A stretch of DNA of 64,000 nucleotides. Origin: Orbicella franksi. Lineage: Eukaryota. Position numbers and translations under genes: made by a program. The notes beneath the pieces are model-generated. The model worked only from the letters and a program-made list of their open reading frames with translations, did no database searches and was not told the origin of the DNA. This document shows positions 50,378 through 61,300 of the stretch, piece after piece; within the stretch, counting starts at the first letter, position 1; the number at the start of each line of letters is the position of its first letter. The stretch lies in contig OZ116702.1 in NCBI GenBank assembly GCA_964199315.1, forward strand, positions 1,240,001 to 1,304,000, written 5' to 3'.

Positions 50378-52351
50378 TTATTCTTTGTAATGTTCCAGGG
50401 TTCTTGCGGAAGGATCAGTGGCATTAGTCCACTTTGGCATCCACACATATGGAATAAAATGGCTCTGACCAGGAAACAATTCTTCAAAAATCTGGCGGTA
50501 GTAAAAGCCTTCCTTGGTCTTAGGAGTGTTGTACGGGTACAGTTCAGCAGCACCAGCCAAGGCCTCATCAGGAACCTGGTTTTTGATGTGATTCTGTAAC
50601 AGCTCATACCATGACTGCCCAGGCTTGGTAGATGACACTCCATCAGAGAACGCCTCCTTAGCACGCCACAAAATCTCTTTGGGTAAGGCATCAGTGTTAT
50701 CAAAAGAGGCTCGAAGAAGCCACTTCTCAATGCCATCCTTAGGTTGGCGGATCTCTGGATTAAGGGACAGGAAATAAGATGTGAAATGAACATCCAGGAA
50801 AGGTACTCGGATTTCTAGACCATGTGCAGCAGTTGACCGGTCACCTCGCAGAACATCATAAAGGTAAAGATCTTCCAGCAGTCTTCGGGACTCTAGGTCA
50901 GCTTCCTCTGGGCTTGGAGCTTTGTGGAAATAGATGTAACCTTGACACAGCTCATCAGAACCTTCACCAGAGTAAATAACCACTGTGTCAGTTTCTTTAC
51001 TTATGTACTTGCTCACCAGATACATTCCCACAGAAGCACGGATTGTTGTTATGTCCCAAGTCTCCAGGGCATAAATGACATCGCGCAATGCTTGGATTCC
51101 TTCTTCAGCTGTGAAGATGACCTCGTGATGTTCACTACCTGAAAGAAAAGACAAATTCACAAACTTGACCCAATGGCTTCTTGCTGTTAACCAACAATCC
51201 AATGTTAAATAATTCCTAAAAAAAATAATTCTTGAGCACTCACAGGGTAAATACAGAAGATTTCTTGCAAAGGAGATCCCTCTAGAGAAGCCATCTACCA
51301 TGCACACTGCAGGTGAAACCCTTTTTACTAAATATACCCCCAACCTTAACCTTAAGACCCTTCCCCAATCATTCTTATTCCTTTGAGCACTTCTGTATCC
51401 ACTTTTCTCAGAGATCCACTTTTCAAGACTCAACTTACCAATATGTTTGGCCACTATCCGTGCTGCTGCAACATCTGTACTTCCTTCCATTCCAATTGAG
51501 AATGTTTGGATTGGGTAGTCAATCCCACTTTCCTTTGCCAGCTTGGTCAGATAAGAAGCCACTAAACTGGAATCCAGGCCTCCTGAGAGCAGACAGCCAA
51601 TTCTACGGTCAGCCATGAGGCGTTTACGCACTGCCTCAGAAAACAGCTTTCTGATATTTTCCATGACATCGCTGGAGTCTGGCTTTACACCGGTTTCAAA
51701 CACTGGTGGCTTGCCTATCTTTGTGTAGGCTTTTTGCTCAATAAACGTAGTTTGTCCATCGGGGGACAAGCTATATGATGCATACTGACCTGGAAAAAAT
51801 GGCTTCACAACAATTTTACTGCCATTTTTTTCAAACTGCTTGATCAGAGGGACAAGAGCTTTCGCTTCAGAGCTCAGAGCCAAAATTCCTGTTTCCTTGC
51901 CAGCCACAGACAATGTAAACAATGGACGGATCCCAAAAGTGTCTCTTCCAATGTGTACTTCTTTGTTCTTAGTGTCAATGATACAGAATGCAAAAACACC
52001 ATCCAGCATTTGCGCCATTTTCTCTGCTCCAAACTTGTCATAAAGATGTAGAATGACTTCTCCATCACATTTTGTGAAAAAGTCAAAGTCGTACTGCTTT
52101 CCAACTGCTTTGTGGTTGTATATTTCCCCGTTGTAAATAAGGTAGAGGTGTGGTAGTGCTTTAATCCTCATTGGCTGCATTCCATAGAGATCATCAACAA
52201 TGGCAAGCCGGTGAAATGCCACACAGCAGTTCTGGAAGTGAGGAATGGTCTCCATACGGAAGACATCAGGTCCTCTTTGGCAGATTTTCATGGCACAGCT
52301 GGCATACTTTGAGTACTCTGGGATACCAAATATAGCCCAGATACCACACAT
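50378..52351 (-). CDS. ASNS: Asparagine synthetase (glutamine-hydrolysing); exons 51439-52351 and 50378-51138; about 557 aa
   Basis: N-terminal Ntn nucleophile MCGIWA, RGPD, NGEIYNH, PP-loop [32 protein letters not shown] and C-terminal DPSARTL. The non-homologous 100-aa stretch in the 657-aa ORF is bounded by G|gtaagt (51438) and ctttcag|GT (51139), so it is an intron. A 5'UTR acceptor (atttcag) lies at 52377-52378. Confidence 0.96.
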   Translation of the reverse strand: MCGIWAIFGIPEYSKYASCAMKICQRGPDVFRMETIPHFQNCCVAFHRLAIVDDLYGMQPMRIKALPHLYLIYNGEIYNHKAVGKQYDFDFFTKCDGEVILHLYDKFGAEKMAQMLDGVFAFCIIDTKNKEVHIGRDTFGIRPLFTLSVAGKETGILALSSEAKALVPLIKQFEKNGSKIVVKPFFPGQYASYSLSPDGQTTFIEQKAYTKIGKPPVFETGVKPDSSDVMENIRKLFSEAVRKRLMADRRIGCLLSGGLDSSLVASYLTKLAKESGIDYPIQTFSIGMEGSTDVAAARIVAKHIGKLSLEKWISEKSGYRSAQRNKNDWGRVLRLRLGVYLVKRVSPAVCMVDGFSRGISFARNLLYLPCECSRIIFFRNYLTLDCWLTARSHWVKFVNLSFLSGSEHHEVIFTAEEGIQALRDVIYALETWDITTIRASVGMYLVSKYISKETDTVVIYSGEGSDELCQGYIYFHKAPSPEEADLESRRLLEDLYLYDVLRGDRSTAAHGLEIRVPFLDVHFTSYFLSLNPEIRQPKDGIEKWLLRASFDNTDALPKEILWRAKEAFSDGVSSTKPGQSWYELLQNHIKNQVPDEALAGAAELYPYNTPKTKEGFYYRQIFEELFPGQSHFIPYVWMPKWTNATDPSARTLEHYKE

Positions 52352-52437
52352 TTTGCACAGCAGTTTAAGCTCCCACCTGAAATTACAAGTCGAAATGTAT
52401 TATTAATATGTAAGTACTACTGTCTACAGGAGCACAA

Positions 52438-53096
52438 GGGTGTCTGAAAAACCCAAATAGTGAATAATCGTGAATAGCGAATAGTACGAATAATCTTGAA
52501 TAGTGCAAATAGTGGCAAAAATTTATGAATAGTCACGAATAGTGACAAAGAGTCATCAACAGTCACCACTTTAGTTCAGCACTGATCTGGATTCGTTGAA
52601 ATTGATAACATGGAGCAATAGCATTTATCCACGGATGCTGATAGATTCAACCAAGCTGGAGAAATTATATTTCATAGATAAGCTTATATTATTCCCAAGG
52701 CAAGTAGTTGTTTGAATTTTATCATCTGTGCAGTTGTTGCAGTACAGTTTGCAGCTGTTGTTATAATCTAGGGCAAAAATATTACTTCATATCAGGGGCG
52801 GATCCAGAAAATTTAAAAAGAGGGGGCCGAAGAAAATCCTATCCCATGTTAATTGCTGCAAGTTTGACTGTGAGGTGCTGGGTACCAAATTTCTGTCATT
52901 TGTCACTATCCCTCCTCCCTTAATAGCCACTATTTGCCACTATTCCCGACTATTCACGACTGTTTGCCAGTATGCAGACTATTTGAGACTATTCACATTA
53001 CTCATACTATTCGCACTATTTGTATTATTTGTACTATTCGCACTATTCGCTATTTGCGACTATTCGCTATTCACTATTCGGGTTTTCCAGACACCC
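52438..53096. mobile_element. MITE with GGGTGTCTG TIRs and (C)GAATAG subterminal repeats, in the ASNS upstream/5'UTR intron region
   Basis: GGGTGTCTGAAAAACCCAAATAGTGAATA at 52438 versus TATTCACTATTCGGGTTTTCCAGACACCC ending at 53096; the direct repeat GAGCACA flanks both ends as a candidate TSD. Confidence 0.75.
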
Positions 53097-53870
53097 AGAG
53101 CACACTTCTTGAAATTCAATTAGATAACTGAAAAAATGAAGCAAGTTTCTTGAAAATTTTAACTTGAACTTGTCTCCAGGGTTTATCCAAGGCCAAAAAT
53201 AAATAACAGTGTTGTCCAGTCAACATTTCAGTTCTCTTAAATATACAAGGTATGAAAGAAATGGGGACCCTTATTGCTCAGACAGACTGGGGTCATAACA
53301 ACAAATTACAGCACCCTAGCTAAAGCTATGACAACTATCCATTCAAATGACAAGTTAGCTAGATCACCAGGGTTGCTGATGTAGGTTAGGAGTTTTGGCA
53401 AACATTTTTCAGTCGCTTAATCGCGTGACTGACCCCCTGTGTTGATTTCCAAAACTATCATCACCGCTGGTGATTATTAAAGCTGTGGCTTTTCAAGCGT
53501 AAACACACTGAGTAAGCTTGTGTTAAAAGAGAAGTGTTTCAAACACAAGGCATTACGATCTGATTTTGAAATCACCCAGGAAACCCGTCGAATTATTGTG
53601 GTCGAAAAACTCTCCAAAAATAAATTACAAAGGTCCCATTCAGTAACGATTTTACTCCTTTGTATAAGCTTTGTCTTACGTGGCAAAGCGGCTGAACGCG
53701 AAAGATTATACTTAGGCGACTCCCGCTTTTCAAGTAAATATCTGTGAGCAAGATGTCAACTACGCAAGCAAGATCTACGCGAAGAAGTCTACATGACAAA
53801 TTCTTACCAAGTTGCGGCTTCCAGACAAGTAAATTCAGAAGAACAACCTTGAGTATACGGTTAGGAATTC

Positions 53871-53879
53871 TGATGCAAT
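53871..53879 (-). promoter_or_regulatory. Candidate C/EBP-ATF (amino-acid response) element ATTGCATCA upstream of ASNS
   Basis: Exact TGATGCAAT on the plus strand, about 1.5 kb upstream of the ASNS ATG and 63 nt upstream of a strong minus-strand donor (CTTG|gtaaga at 53807). A second TGATGCAAA lies at 54681. Confidence 0.35.
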
Positions 53880-56347
53880 CCTGAATCGATTCGAGGACGA
53901 CCACGTGCCAGGGAGTCGAGTATCCTGGCAGTATCTGATTGGCTGCTTTCAAGCGTTTTCAAGCCATAATCAAGACATCTATCGCATTACCATATACATA
54001 TTACTGAGAGCCCGGCTGACTATTGTTCCTAGAGACAGGCTAATGGGAACTCTAGTCAATGTCTAGGCTCAATTCCAGCGTCACCCTCGAACTACGAACA
54101 TCCAGTCTACATCCCTACGGGTAATTTCCTTGGCAGCCGCTCGGGACAAAGTCACGCAACGCTCTCTGGGGACGGGGAGCTTTACGTGACTTCGGCCCGA
54201 GTGGCTGACTAGGCCTTTCCACGAATATCCGATAATTTCTTGCAAATTTAGAAGTTTCCGAGACATTTAAAACATATTAAGTTATTGAGAAAATTTTGGG
54301 ATATTTTAGTGTTTTCCGCACAATTTTCCAGGCGTAGTCAATCGATAAAAATCGATATCGGAAATCAGTCGCTGTCAATCGCCCATTGCTATCGATTGAT
54401 ATCGGCATCGATAACAATCGATCACTTACTCACAGAAAAATTTCTTTATCGATTGCTATCGATTAGCAAAAAATGATAACAATCGATAATTCCTGTCTTA
54501 AGGAATGTTGCATGCGGTATCGATTTTTAAAAAAATCGACCCAATAACCACCCGGACTATCCAAAGATGGCTTTGTTATTGTGTAAAATAATACCTGGAG
54601 CAACACGAGACGTTCATCTTCAGCATACTAGCTAGATTATATTTAGGCCTACTCCCGAGATCTATTCTTACGTTTGTTCCTGATGCAAATAGTTTAAATC
54701 ACGAGAACACTGACTCTGTTGTTTATTTCGTTTCATCATAATGCCAACGCTACAATGAGACTGGAGCCCGAGGGTTTTACGCTGCTACTTTGTGATGAGT
54801 CGTAAGCCAGCTAAGTCCATCTCTTTCTTGAAAAACATAATGGGCCAATGCCAGAACAGCGTCAGACACTATACGTGAAGACATCATGGATGGATTGCCC
54901 AATGTTGTCGCAATACTTTGAGCTATTATTGGCGCTATGACACAGCAGAAAATGAAACCAACACTAATATCACATGACACTTTTACAGGGATTTCATTGG
55001 GTGGTCTGACCCACGTTGTTGCATAAAGTATTGGCGTGTCCTGGTTTGCGGCCATATTGGTCCAACATAGGTGCAGAGAAGCAATTCAGGAGCAGAAATT
55101 TTCAAGGTAAATCTTTCGATTTTCTATTATCTGGGAGTTCTCTCCTATGTGCCGCATACTCTTAGGTTTATCTTTTTGAAAGGCTGTTTTTGTTTCCCGT
55201 CATCTTGCTTAACGTCCCGTTTCGGTTTGCTTGAGTGGCGTTCCTCCTCCACTAGACCGTTTCGCATGTCGTCGATGGTGGCCAGTGTTGTTTTGATGAA
55301 GCTCATTTAGAATTCTTCTGACTGGGCGTTCGTTCGGTTCATTTTCTCGGCAAGTTTTTTCGCGACATGTTATGACTAGGTATGTAAAGACATGTCTCCG
55401 GTTTAAAGACAGAGTTGAACAATGTACATCCTCCTCATCCGTTTCCTTGTGCTAAATTTCGAAGCCAAATGGCGCGTGGTTTTCAGGCGTATTCCGTATT
55501 TGTTTCTGTATTTGTTTCTGCGTATCAGTGAATATTTGAAACTGGTCACCGTACATGTCAAGTTACAAAGGGCAAAGGAAAATTGGTTAAAATAATGAAC
55601 AGTCGGTCAGTACGAAATATAGACTGCATACTGCAGACCAGGTAGAAAATGCAGACTAGGTACAAAATACAGACTTCACTCTGCAGACCGGGTACAAAAT
55701 GCAGACTAGGCACAAAATGCAGACTGCAGACTGCAAACTTGGTACAAAACGCAGACTGAGAATAAAGACTTTTTTCGTCAAATACGTAATAACATGTCAT
55801 TTTATGACGTACCAAGTGTCAGGCAATCGCTTTTCCGCGGTCATCTTCGATGGAAATTTGGCCTGTTTCTTCATGTATTTTGTTTTTGATAAAGCATCGA
55901 GGTCATGCTAGTTCTTAAATATAATGTGAAGCTGTTGTAGTCTTCTCACTTCCCTCGCGAGGTCAGAAGTAAACCCAAATCAAAATACACAATATTCACC
56001 AAGAAACAATAATGGTCAATGATCAATCAGTGTTCATTTTTACAACAACTGTCTAATTTCTTGCATGCTGATTGGCTCATTTTTATCATCAATAAGAGTA
56101 CAGTCGGATAAAATTTTAATTTATGCAAACTTTCAGGTTCAACTTTCGGCTGTCAAACTGTCGACATTTTAACCAATGAGATTTTATGAACGTTTTTAAG
56201 GAACCAATCAAAAAGCGAGAAAAGCTATTGACAATGTTCGCATCATTTTAAATAAATTTCACTTACCTTTGTTTACGGCAAGTTTACAGCGTCTTTTCCC
56301 CTCATTTATTCCTGGCATTTGACCATTTTGGGGTCTTGTTATTGTTA

Positions 56348-56540
56348 AAAACAAATTGATGTCAGTTTTTATGCGTCTGTCCTCTTATTGATGATAAATT
56401 TTGTCATAACATAGTCAAAGTTTACTGTGGAACCACTCGCCTGCGGCTCGTGGCTTCACAGCCACGTTGACAATGTTATGACGCAATTTATCATCAGTAA
56501 GAGGACAGATGCATAAAAAACTGATGTCGATTTGTTAATT
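56348..56540. repeat. Long palindrome (element starts near 56040)
   Basis: TTTTTATGCGTCTGTCCTCTTATTGATGATAAATT.TGTCATAACAT versus ATGTTATGACGCAATTTATCATCAGTAAGAGGACAGATGCATAAAAA; loop TCGCCTGCGGCTC; CTGATTGG at 56068. Confidence 0.85.
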
Positions 56541-57073
56541 TGTAGCCAAGTTCAGACTTCATGAAATTAGGATGAAGGGAAGAAGACTTGAAGCCAAACT
56601 GTTCCTTCCTCTTGATATATTTTCAATGTCAAGGGTAAACTTGCACTGATTGGTACATATGACAAGATTGTGTAGTTAACTAGTAACCAAACAGTGACAA
56701 GAAAAGTAAACAAACAACCAGTCATGAAAATGACGCTTTGCTTTTTCCCGGAAGGATTCACCGATTGTTCTTCATAGACAAATTGTACATTGTAGCAAAC
56801 TTTGACATTCTTCAATTTAATACAAGATTCTTCTTCACTTGTTCTTAGATAATAATAATAATCCCTAATTTGGAAGATGACCACAGAAAACACTTAGTAA
56901 GTTATAAAATGACATGTTACAGCATGTTATCACTTATTAGACAAAAACAACAGTGAAAGATGACCGTGGAAAAGCGATTGCGTGACGCTTGCTAAGTTAT
57001 GTGTATAAAATGACATGCTATCATGTATTTGAGGAAAAAACAGTCTTTATTCTCAGTCTGCGTTTTGTACCTA

Positions 57074-57341
57074 CAATGGGCGACAAAAGTGTTGAGACAC
57101 TTGGCAGTAAAATTCAGTTTTCGAGTGTCTTGGACACATGTCCCCCCCTTCCCCCCTCCCCCAAACAATGTTGATTTTTCTATTTCTTGGACTGCACAGA
57201 CCACAGCACCAACACAACATTGAATTGGGGGGCCGGGAGTATCAGAGAATCAATGCTAGATGCAAATAACAAAGAACAAGTGCTTAAATATCAAAATGCG
57301 TCTTTTCCTAAAAGTGTCTCAACTACTTTTGTCGCCCATTG
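57074..57341. mobile_element. TA-flanked MITE (Tc1/mariner-type TSD) nested in a GCAGACT-repeat element
   Basis: TIRs CAATGGGCGACAAAAGTGTTGAGACACTT and AAGTGTCTCAACTACTTTTGTCGCCCATTG, with TA on both sides (57072-57073, 57342-57343). Confidence 0.8.
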
Positions 57342-58367
57342 TAGTCTGCAGTCTGCATTTTGTACCTGGTCTGCATTTTGTCCCCAGTCTACAGTCTGCA
57401 GTCTGCATTTTGTACTGAGCGATTGAACAGTCATTCCTTCACTGCTGAATGTTTGCTGTCTTGCATTATGTTTGCATGGAAGCTATAAGCTTATATTTAT
57501 TAAATCATATCTCGTCTCACTGGGTACGTAAGCTTAAATATTATACTATCAAAATTTTGATGAAGTACTTATTTTAGATTCGTACGTTTGGAACTGTCGT
57601 TTTCATCTGCTATTGTCTTTTGGTTTTGTTGGGTTTGCTTTTTGGGGGGGGGGGTGGGTGGTGCAATGGTGGGGTGAGAAAGGGAGTTTGTTATCATATG
57701 GTTATTTGTGTCAGTGTAGTATTTGACAAGCCCCAGGCATGAGATTTTTATCCTGGTATAGTAATTCCTGGATTTTCAAGGACGACCTAAATGTATTGAA
57801 AGATGTCCAAAGATTTCTGAGGACATTCTGATGTCTTCCATCTAAAATAGCTTGGAAGTTTACTGTCATTTGTTGAACTTTTCTTATCTTTGATTGGCTG
57901 AAGTGTACATATGCAGTTTAGAATGTCTATTCATAGCTCATATTTTTCAGTTGGATGTGACAAATTGGTCCATAGGCATGGATATCCACGAGATCAAAGT
58001 TCTCTCAGCCTCCATGTAGGTTTAAGACGCCCTTCTTGGGTGTGAGAGTTGGCAAGTATATACAAATGGATTTCTCATTCCAGTCTAAGGGCCATCAAAA
58101 TCTTGATTCTGTAGTTCCAGAAAATATCCATACCTCCCTCTCAGAAGGGATTTTTTCTAACACCTCCCCACCCTTCTGGAAATTCCAGTTAAGCTTCATA
58201 CATTTCTTTAAATTTTTTGGTCTTATAGAGTCCCCCACCCCCTAGGAAATTCCAATCCCTTCTGTGGGGGAAGTATGGATATTTTCTGGAACTGGACATA
58301 TGCAGGAAACTCAATTTGCCTTGGTATTTAAATTGGCTCTTAATTTTCATTTAGAATTCCTGTCATC

Positions 58368-61300
58368 ATGGAGGCTTATGCTGCAGAATTTGTTTCTGAA
58401 AGCTGCCCTGCTTTTAAGGATGGCTGTCCCTATTCCAAGCTTACTGAAGATCTTTTCATAGAAGAAATCAAGAAATGCCCTGAGTTCAAACAAGGCTGTC
58501 CATTCAAGAGTACAGGCAGTGTGACTGAAATCCTGGAAGAACTATCCAAGATGCCAGAGTCAAAGCACCACACAGGTGTAGCACATGAGCAGCTACTGAA
58601 CATGCTAAGAGTTGTTCACTCTGAGTCTAAAAGCTTGGAAGAGAAAGTTGGAGAGTGTCCTGTGTTCAAGACAAAGGAAGGATGTCCTTTTAAAGATGCC
58701 AGCAAGGAAGGAAAGCCTTTGATAGAGCCACCCACTGCCGTTCTTGAGAGTCTGACAGCATTGGATGTCAGTGGGCTTAAGGAGAAGTGTCCTGCATTTA
58801 AAGAAGGATGTCCATTTGCCAAGATGGATAATGAAGCCCTTCTGAAAGAAATCAAGAAATGCCCTGAGTTTAAGGACGGATGTGCTTTCAAGGATGCCAA
58901 AACAATAGAAGAAATCTACAGTAAGTTGTCGCAGATGCCGAATAGTGACAAAGATTGTCACCATAAAGATGCTCTCATGAAGACCATGAAAGTCATACAC
59001 AGTGTTGGCCATGAGAAAGCTGACAAGTGCCCAGTGCTTCAGAAAGAAGGCTGTCCTTTCAAGTTTGTTGAGAGTGAAGGGAAGCCACTTGTCAATCCAG
59101 CAGAAACTGTACTTCATGCAGTAGAAGAAAACAAATCAGAGTCTGAAAAACCTGTTGTTCACCTTGTGCCCCTCACAGATTTAAGAGAGACCTGTCCTGC
59201 ATTTGAATCTGGATGTCCGTTTGTGAAAGTTGGGGAGAGAGACTTTGGAAAAGAGCTGGAACTGTGTCCTGAGTTTAGAGAAGGTTGTCCTTATAAGGAC
59301 AGTGAAGTTGTAGGAGATATCTATAAGAAGCTTGTCAGTTTACCTTCTTTCTCCACTGAGGGATCCCATGGTGCAAAACTTTTGGACATTTTTAAGCACA
59401 TCCATGAAGTGTCCCATTCTTTGAGAGAGGAGATGGGTGAATGTCCAGTGTTTGTGACAGATGAGGGATGCCCATTCAAGACAGTCTGCAGTGATGGCAA
59501 GCCACTGATTGAAGTGCTGGATGGTCATCGCTGGACAAAGATTCTGGAGAGCTCTGTTGATGATGTCATAGAAAATGTGAGTCAAGAGATTGAGAAAACA
59601 GAACCACCAATTCACCTCTCTAAACAGCTTAAGAAAGGTACCAAGAAAGTTCACAGAGAAGCAGAAAATGTTCATTTTGTGAAGGAGTTTGCCAAAGGAA
59701 GAATTCAAAGACAGTGGTACAAAGAACTTCTTGCTGATCTCTACTTTGTCTACAGGTAAGATGAAGTCCATTGATATAGTTTTTATTGTGGGGTTGTGTT
59801 TGTTTTTTAAAGAAATAATGAAGGAGTACATGTAAAATTTACTTGTACTTCTTCATTATTTCTTTAAATACTATTTAATAGTATGTAATGTATGATACAC
59901 GTAAACACAACAATTATCCTTGCTAAATTTAGACCCACAGATTTTCTATATTTTATGAAACTTTTTGCGAATTTTGAACTTTGTGAAATTAAAAAGCCAA
60001 TGGGGGCCAACCAAGGCAGTGCTTTAAGGTCATAAGGTGATTATTTTCCATTCTCTCATCACCTGTTTCTGGACATTTTGTTGATAATGTAAGGAGATTT
60101 CAAGTGCACATCAGTCCTGAGAATGCACACAAACTAGGATTTAAAAATTCCTTTGACTGTTCTGAATCTAATTTACTTCACATTCGGAGCCAGCTATGCA
60201 GGGCTTTATTACATAGCTGTGCAGTCATATAAGTCTGTTATTTTTAGGGTTACATTTGCTTGGGAAAACCACCATTTCTCATAACATATATTTGAGCAGT
60301 TCTAGAAAATATCCACCCCTCCCCCCACAGAAAAGATTGGCATTTCCTGAGGTTGGGGGTTCGATGAGACCAAAGCATTTAAAGAAATGTGTGAAGCTTA
60401 ATTGGAATTTCCAGAAGGGTTGTTGGGTATTAGAAAAAGTCTCATCCATAGGGGAGGTATATGGATATTTTCTGGAACTATTGCTTAACTTTCCAAATGT
60501 TGAGATTTTGTTTACTTGTAACATAGCAGAAGCTCATGAAGTGTCTTGGTATCGCTTGTTAGAGCAGTTTTCAATTAAGCGCCCCAAAACCTGCAAACCG
60601 AAGTGCTAGCCTGCGTAGCAGGCATATAAAGGGGAGGGGGTAGGGGAGGAGGAAGGGAATTCGCGAAAAGAAAAAAAAAACAGAGGAGTGGGAGAGGAGA
60701 GGGGAAAAGGAACCGAATTCTCTTCCTCCTCCCTCACCTCCTCCCCTTTATACGCCTGCTATGCAGGCTACTAAAGTACCAGTACATGTAATCATTCTGA
60801 CCTGTTACAAAGGATGCAGACTATACAGTGACCAGATCAAAACTAACAGTTATTACACGTAACTGACACAATGCGTGGGAAAACATGTGCTAATGAGTTA
60901 CAATTGGTTGTGGTTTTCTTATGGATGGAAAAGTGGCATGCAGTTGATGCATAACCAATTACTCAAATGAAAACTGCTCTACTTGTGTGCAGACAATTTT
61001 AACTTGGTGGCAGCCAGTCAGAGATAACTGGGCATTGATATCTGTGCCATTATATTGGTGAGTAATACCAGACCTCTGGTATCCCAAGGGATTCGAAAGA
61101 AGCATTCATTGAGAGACATCTGTTCAGGCTAATTATGTTAGAGTGTTTATGGTGCCCATCCTGATCATTTACATGTATCTTTCTTCCCTCAGGGCTCTTG
61201 AGGAAGAGAGTGAGAAACACAAGGAACATGAATTGTTCAAGGTGGTGCATTTTCCAAAAGAGCTTGGGCGTCTGCAGTGTTTGGAGGAAGATATGGAGTT

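Larger units (their letters stand above)
55603..57423. repeat. Inverted pair of GCAGACT/GGTACAAAATGCAGACT-repeat elements (arms about 55603-55847 and 56957-57423)
   Basis: GGCAATCGCTTTTCCGCGGTCATCTT versus AAGATGACCGTGGAAAAGCGATTGC; AAAACGCAGACTGAGAATAAAGACT versus AGTCTTTATTCTCAGTCTGCGTTTT. Confidence 0.75.

Noticed and set aside
50378-52351. 657-aa ASNS with a novel 100-aa inserted domain
   Set aside because: The insert has canonical splice ends, and its removal restores a normal-length enzyme; treated as an intron and reported separately.
53593-55310. Several 80-120-aa ORFs between ASNS and HMOX
   Set aside because: No recognisable domains or consistent exon chain; they may be decayed TE sequence or UTR.
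58605-59831. Long antisense ORFs (170 and 163 aa) opposite HMOX exon 1, and similar antisense ORFs opposite the MFS and ASNS genes
   Set aside because: Shadow frames of real coding sequence with no motifs of their own.
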